Positions 58,901-64,000 of a stretch of 64,000 bases of DNA are shown here, one piece after another. The stretch's first letter is position 1, and each line of letters starts with the position of its first letter. The stretch lies in assembly GCA_907165135.1 (NCBI GenBank), contig OU015566.1, positions 1,240,001 through 1,304,000 of the forward strand. Direction: 5' to 3'. Position numbers and translations under genes: made by a program. The notes beneath the pieces were generated by a model. It did no database searches. It saw only the letters and a list, made by a program, of their open reading frames with translations, and was not told the origin of the DNA. This DNA is from Oikopleura dioica (lineage: Eukaryota; Animalia; Chordata).

Positions 58901-59243
58901 CTAGTGTCGCTAAAGAGCAGCGATGGGAAGCATCTTCTAATGCCGGTTTGAACCAGCATTTCTTCGCTGTCGTTTTAACAAAAAAATCTAGTGAGGCCAG
59001 AGATGAATCCCACGGTGGCGAAGCGAATGATCGCCGCCAACTTGGACTCGGTGATAGCGAAGCAGATCAGATCTGCGGAGCGAGAAGAAAGAGCGCTCAA
59101 GGTGAGCTTCATTTGAGACATCTTTTTGAAGAGTATTTTAGGGTGAATCATCTTCTCCTGTTCAACAAAAACCTAGTCGATCTACTAGCAGTCATTTCGT
59201 TCACAATCCGCTTACTGTAGGCCCGGGTCGATTTACTACGTAA
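55992..59243 (+). CDS. R3HCC1L: R3H-domain plus RRM protein (R3HCC1/R3HCC1L-like)
   Basis: R3H: LVLEPSSGWHRYIVHQ...SFSVGEGARRRPVI. RRM region MLEIYDFPKSVRTRDLIAAF...FSVRWIDDTHALAIF and RPEMNPTVAKRMIAANL match my recollection of the family. First exon join uncertain. Confidence 0.8.
56976..57452 (-). CDS. Intronless basic ORF nested antisense in an R3HCC1-like intron
   Basis: 158-codon ORF (internal MPTSKDLPRKKGADKKKSPKEKRKRIL...) wholly inside intron ~56930-57645; no family recognised. Confidence 0.4.
   Translation of the reverse strand: MHYKNKTCSLRRLKTNKIVQKMPTSKDLPRKKGADKKKSPKEKRKRILSSPKNTRKTAFDDTLEALERFTQNLHYYHNPKNVINNVQLSPRTSQRIEKGFKIEEANQKLAIQPICRGIKTEKIQFEKHVRFNLPQEDYQKFANHQNEAHVEDHEPVYV
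58003..58115. repeat. TTAGGG-like plus GGGGGCGAAGCCCCC hairpin segment, intronic
   Basis: GGTTAGGGGCTAGGGTAAGG...GGGGGGCGAAGCCCCC; same motif combination at ~4900, ~16150 and ~49990. Confidence 0.5.
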
Positions 59244-59627
59244 AAACTCTGACAACCAAGTATTAAGAGGTTCTTACTGGGCTTTTCGACATCTTTTAAA
59301 TCTTTTTAAAATCGACCCAAGACTCAGGTGGACCACAAAGCTAACGAAGGATAAATTCTTGTGAAAAAACACTCTTTCTATTACTGAAAATAACTTAAAG
59401 TTGAACTGTTCTCTCAACTTCTTGACCTTGCTTATTGAACTTCGAAAAAATCAACGAGGAAAATCGCTCCAAGCGAAGGATTTCCAAGTTTCTTTTTCGA
59501 ATATTTCTGTTTCTTACGAGCGTGTTTCTTTCAAAGATCCGCTTTTTATTATTCTGAAAAAATATTCAAAATATAGAAAAAATCAGAATTGAATTAAGAA
59601 GTTTATTGGTTTATTTCTTCAGTTTTA

Positions 59628-61693
59628 TTAAATTTCATCAAAGAGCGAATCCAGTTGGGCCTTAAGTTCTTCAGTTTCTTTTTTCTTCTCCGCGTGGCTC
59701 TTCCATTTGTAGTTGCTCTTGGTTTCTACCTCTGGTTCCGCCGCTTCCATGACGACTCCCATTTCCTCCTCGGTCAGGCCGTCTTGCATTTCAACGAGCG
59801 ACTTGAGGCGGTTGTCTTCTTCTTCCAGCAGTCGGCGGACTAGGTTCCAGGTAAAAAGAGGATAGAAAAGGGGGGATTTACCGAGAGCAATTTGGTCGCG
59901 ATATCGCATGTCGTTGAAGCCCTTGCATTCCTCGCAGTCTTCAGGAGCTTTTCCGGCCTCGAGATCTTCGTACATCTATAAATTTATTGAAGAAACCCTC
60001 TTTTTAGAGCTTGTCTGGAAAAAAATGACCCAAAGTCCGTCTTTACCTTGTTTTCCAGCGATTTGATAGTCTTTGCTTTTCTCATAATAAGCGACGACTT
60101 CGCAACTGGTCCCTTGATCTTCTTAACCATATCCGCAATTTCCCCCTCCATTTTTCTGATCCAAGTTCTCGTCTCCTTGTGGTATTCGTCCAACCATTCT
60201 TTATACTTTGGAAAGTTTTCATCAGCTTTAGCCAGTTTTTCTTGGAGTTCTTTGTAGTTTTTCTCGAGAGATTCTACTTGCTCGAGGTCGATATCGTCCA
60301 TGGAATCCATGCAGATGGGCTTGTAGTCGTTGATTTTCGCTTGAATTACAATTTTGTCACTTTGAATTTGAGTTGACAAAATTACCTGTGATATCCTTGA
60401 GCTCGTTTCTAGCCTTCAAGTTCAGCACTTTCTCGATCTTCGCCGCCTGGAGTCTCAAATCGGCGAAATGTTGGGGGCCGATCAACTTTTTCACCCGTTC
60501 CACTGAAGAAAAACGTTAATTGCCAAATTGTTTAGTGTCAACTTACTGTAAGTATGCGGCGCAGAAGAAATGAGCTCGGCCTTTTCAGCAAGATCGACGA
60601 CTTCGTCCACTTTTGGCTTGAGTTCCTTGAGGTAGACATCGATTTCATCAAGCTGCTCTTTGATCAAGTCAAAGTCCAGGGGCTCTCCAGCTTGTGCTTT
60701 TTCGACTCGAAGAAGTCCATAGAAAACTGCTTCGGCCCTGGTTTTCAGCTCCTCTGCCGTTCCATTTACCCGCTGCATTTCTTCTTTATGATAGTCGAGT
60801 GCGCCATCAAACCAGAAGTTTTTCACTTGCGCCGCGACTTTTGTAATTCGCTCCATTCCAACTTTGAAGAGCTGCTCATCATTGGCCATTTCACCGGCGT
60901 ATTTGATCGCAGCAAAAGCTTTGTCTTGCTCAAGAATTTGATGACGAAGATTGCTTTTTTTGGTCTATAATTTTTAAAACTCAACTTGTTAAATTGTCCA
61001 AAATAATGGCTTTTGAACTGAAACAGGTTAATTTTTTTTTAACCAAGCCTGAATTTTGACTTCGTTTCTGACAATTTCTTCAGCGCCTTATCAACCAAAT
61101 CATTATTTTCCGCTTGAGATCCGTCTTCTTTGATGACTTGGTACTTCCCCGGCTGCTTGATTAAATTCCCCTCCTCGTCGTACTGCGTTTCAAAGCTGAA
61201 AATCGGCTTGTCATTTCGCAGCGCGTCAAGAGCGCTGATCATCAAATCCTTCGCTTCCAGTGCGTATTTTTTCCCTTCTTTTAGTTGTTCGCGAATTTCG
61301 AGTGCTTCTGGCCCGGTTAGGTTGCCTGTTAGTTCTTGGGACCAAAGCGTGGTTGTTTCGAGCATTTTCTCGGCAAATGCTGCTTTTTCAGCGTTCCAGT
61401 GAGAATAGATGAAATTGGTGTGATCTTCGAGGACGTCCATTTGATCCTAGAATCATTCTTTTTTGGGAAAAAAGGAGCAAACCTACCTTTGCTTTTGTCA
61501 ACCCTTCTTTTGCACAACTCATCACGCCGTAAAACAGCGCAATATTGAAAATTATCAAGCCAAAAAAGCCCCAATAGTCGAATTTTTCAATGATTTCAAC
61601 TTCCTCATCTGTTTTCTTATTCGTTTTTACTTCTTTTGGCTTTTCCTCTTTTTGCTTTTCTGGTGCCGAATCTGCGGCTTTTTTCTTTCCCAT
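59628..61693 (-). CDS. Type II-like membrane protein with a long alpha-helical/coiled-coil domain, unknown
   Basis: Basic N-terminus, single hydrophobic segment YWGFFGLIIFNIALFYGV, then six helical E/K/L-rich exons joined by GT-AG introns. Confidence 0.65.
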
Positions 61694-61842
61694 CTTCGAA
61701 AATTATTGAAAAAACTCGGAATACCGGTTGTGAGGCGAAATCATGCCGGTATGACGCAGCGCCGAAGCACTGGTGATTTTTTGACCCGGAGAAAAAATGA
61801 CTCCAACGATATATTTTTGTGATCTTTGTTTATTGTAAAGTG

Positions 61843-62422
61843 CTAGTCAAAATTTTGTCGGCATGCAAATGGCTGCTGTCGTTCGCAATTCATATCATTG
61901 AGCACTTCTTTCTCCCAGCCAAAAGTCGTGTACAAAGCGACGCATTCTTCCTTTTCGTTGACGAATTTTCCTGAAGGCTCGTATTTTCCCCAAGGAGGGA
62001 TGAACGCACCCTGAAAATCATGAAAATAAGGCAAAAAGAGAAAAACAGACCTTGAATTTGTAGTCTTTTGATTCTCGACCTTGGCTTGTACCGTCAATCC
62101 ATCGTTGTTGAATCTCCTCTGGTGTTTTTTCTCGAGACATTTGCAGATATTTCTCAAAGTCCTTTTGGGAATTAAAATAGGCAAGGGACATTCCGTCAGA
62201 ATCGCAATACTCAGCAGCGTCATTCCATTTTAAATTCTTAACATGTTTCTGATTTTCTTCCTTTTTATATTTTCAAACCTGATTCACAAAATGAAAGGTG
62301 AAATTTTGCTCGATTTCTTCAATTGGTTCCGTAGATCTAAAATTTTCAAAAATTGCCCGTTTGACATTCTACCTTTTGAAACAACCCAAGCTCAGGCCAA
62401 AAAATGATGTGGCAAGCTTCAT
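61843..62422 (-). CDS. Secreted C-type lectin, paralog A (EPS motif)
   Basis: Signal MKLATSFFGLSLG; NDAAEYC...LAYF...RWIDG...WGKYEPSG...EECV...LNDMNCERQQPFAC. Confidence 0.75.
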
Positions 62423-62648
62423 TTCTCGATTTTTTTTTGCTGGAAATGGAGCTGAAACTGTATTTGCTCGCTTCAAGTCCTGATTGTTTGCGAATTTTCG
62501 TTGTTTTTTTTATAGACGTCTGATACGATACTTCTCCGGGGCAGAGCACTATCACGTACCGACCTGCAATTTTGACAACTGGACAGATATGAGTCATATC
62601 ATATGACTAGTAAAAAATATGAGAGATCATTATTTTATTCGAGTTTTT

Positions 62649-63505
62649 TTAATCAAAATTTTGTCGGCATGCAAACGGCTGCTTTCGCTCGCAGTTCATA
62701 TCATTCAGCACTTCTTTCTCCCAGCCAAAAGTCGTGTACAACGCGACACACTCTTCTTTTTCACTGCCGTAGTAGCCAGTTGGCTGGTAATCGCCCCACG
62801 GAGCGGCGAATTTTCCCTTGAAAAGAGTAAAAGAGGCGGTCGATTTCGGCAAACCTGGAATTTGTAGTTTCTTGATCGTCGACCCTGGCTGGTTCCGTCG
62901 ACCCATCGTTGTTGGATTTCTCCTGGAGTTACTTCTCGAGACATTTGCAGATATTTCTCGAAGTCATCTCTCGAGTCGAAATAAGCAAGAGACATTCCGA
63001 AGGATTCGCAATACTCAGCTGCATCATTCCATTTTAGGTACTAGAATCCCCGTTTTTTCAATCGGAAACTTGACGATTTCAAACCTTGTTGATAAAATGA
63101 AAAGTAAAGGAGTCCTCTTCATCTGGCATTTCTGGCCATGGTTCGGCTCCAGATCCTTCACTCGGCAACAAGCCGCCCATGAGCGTTTTGTAGGCTCCGA
63201 AATCTCCTTCTCTTGCTTCGATAAGCGCGAATACTAACGCGTCAATCGTCTCTTTTTGCTCCGCGATCTGTTCGGTCAGCGAGCTAAGTTGTTAAAAAAT
63301 GCATAAAAATGATGTTTTACTTAATAATTTCAGGATATTCATGAGGCAGCGGGCCATCAATCGAGATTTCAGGAAGCTGGAAATTGTTTTCTTCGATCAA
63401 TTCGACGTCCCTCATCATAATTTATGCGCAAAGAAAATTTTCTTACATGTTATCAGTCGGCATGCACGCCAAGCCAAAGCCAAAAAATGACAAACCAAGC
63501 TTCAT
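62649..63505 (-). CDS. Secreted C-type lectin, paralog B (QPT motif) with a longer helical neck
   Basis: Signal MKLGLSFFGFGLA; WNDAAEYC...RWVDG...WGDYQPTG...EECV...LNDMNCERKQPFAC; last two exons nearly identical to paralog A. Confidence 0.75.
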
Positions 63506-63791
63506 TTTCAAGTACTTTTTCACTCAGAATGGAACTTAAACTGTATCTGCCGGCTTTTAGCGATACCCATTTGTTTATTTTCATCACATGATTTATTGAA
63601 AACTTCCAGGTTGATTTTGACCCGAGAGATGGGTCAGGCAAAAGAACTCAAAAATCGGAATGGTTCGATTACGAACGAACTGACTTTTGAGTTTCTAATC
63701 GATTTTTTGGTTTTATGGTTGGCCCTAAATCGAAAAGCAGAGATTCAAAATTTTGTATTTAGCGAGAAAAATGAAAAAGAAGGTTTTTTTA

Positions 63792-64000
63792 AAGGAAGCT
63801 TGCAAAATATGCGGCAAACTCCTCAATGCCAACAATCTCAAGAGACACGAGATGATACATACAGGCGAAAAACCATTCAGTGTAAATTCACTTCCCCAAG
63901 CATTTTAAATATTATGATAATTTAGTGTGATCTTTGCGACTACAAAGCTAACCAAAGAGCTTCCATTGAGAAACATTTGAGACATGTTCATAAAAAGATG
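63792..64000 (+). CDS. C2H2 zinc-finger gene, partial (runs off the window)
   Basis: CKICGKLLNANNLKRHEMIHTGEKPFS|CDLCDYKANQRASIEKHLRHVH with a TGEKP linker. Confidence 0.85.

Overview
Eukaryotic, not prokaryotic, DNA. It is a very compact, gene-dense animal genome with 35-65 nt introns, many non-canonical GA-AG/GG-AG/GC-AG introns and short intergenic gaps. This is most consistent with a larvacean tunicate such as Oikopleura (inference from gene structure; no database search run). I hand-spliced about 28 genes. Recognisable products include an HS2ST/UST-type sulfotransferase (3' end), an SLC28 nucleoside transporter, an Rh ammonium channel, UBE2V, a class-3 lipase, an R3HCC1-like protein, a BAG6-like UBL protein, a bacterial-type FAD oxidoreductase, a catalytically dead astacin-EGF-VWA protein, a pogo/CENP-B-derived HTH protein, DOMON and PAN proteins, a short collagen, two C-type lectins and a C2H2 zinc-finger gene. 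Non-autonomous DNA transposons are abundant (hAT, Kolobok-like, piggyBac-like, Tc1/mariner-like, Mutator-like) and several are nested. Main findings: (1) five GA-AG introns plus one GG-AG intron whose two ends are complementary, the GA-AG ones ending in purine-rich AAAG, suggesting hairpin-defined introns; (2) two copies of a ~100-bp hairpin element at exon junctions of unrelated genes, a candidate intron-generating MITE; (3) a complete UBE2V gene nested on the same strand inside one such paired intron of the lipase, plus two antisense nested genes; (4) a 2.4-kb hAT element carrying ~32 tandem copies of a 55-bp hairpin. No tRNA, rRNA or CRISPR array is supported. All exon structures are manual predictions without RNA evidence.
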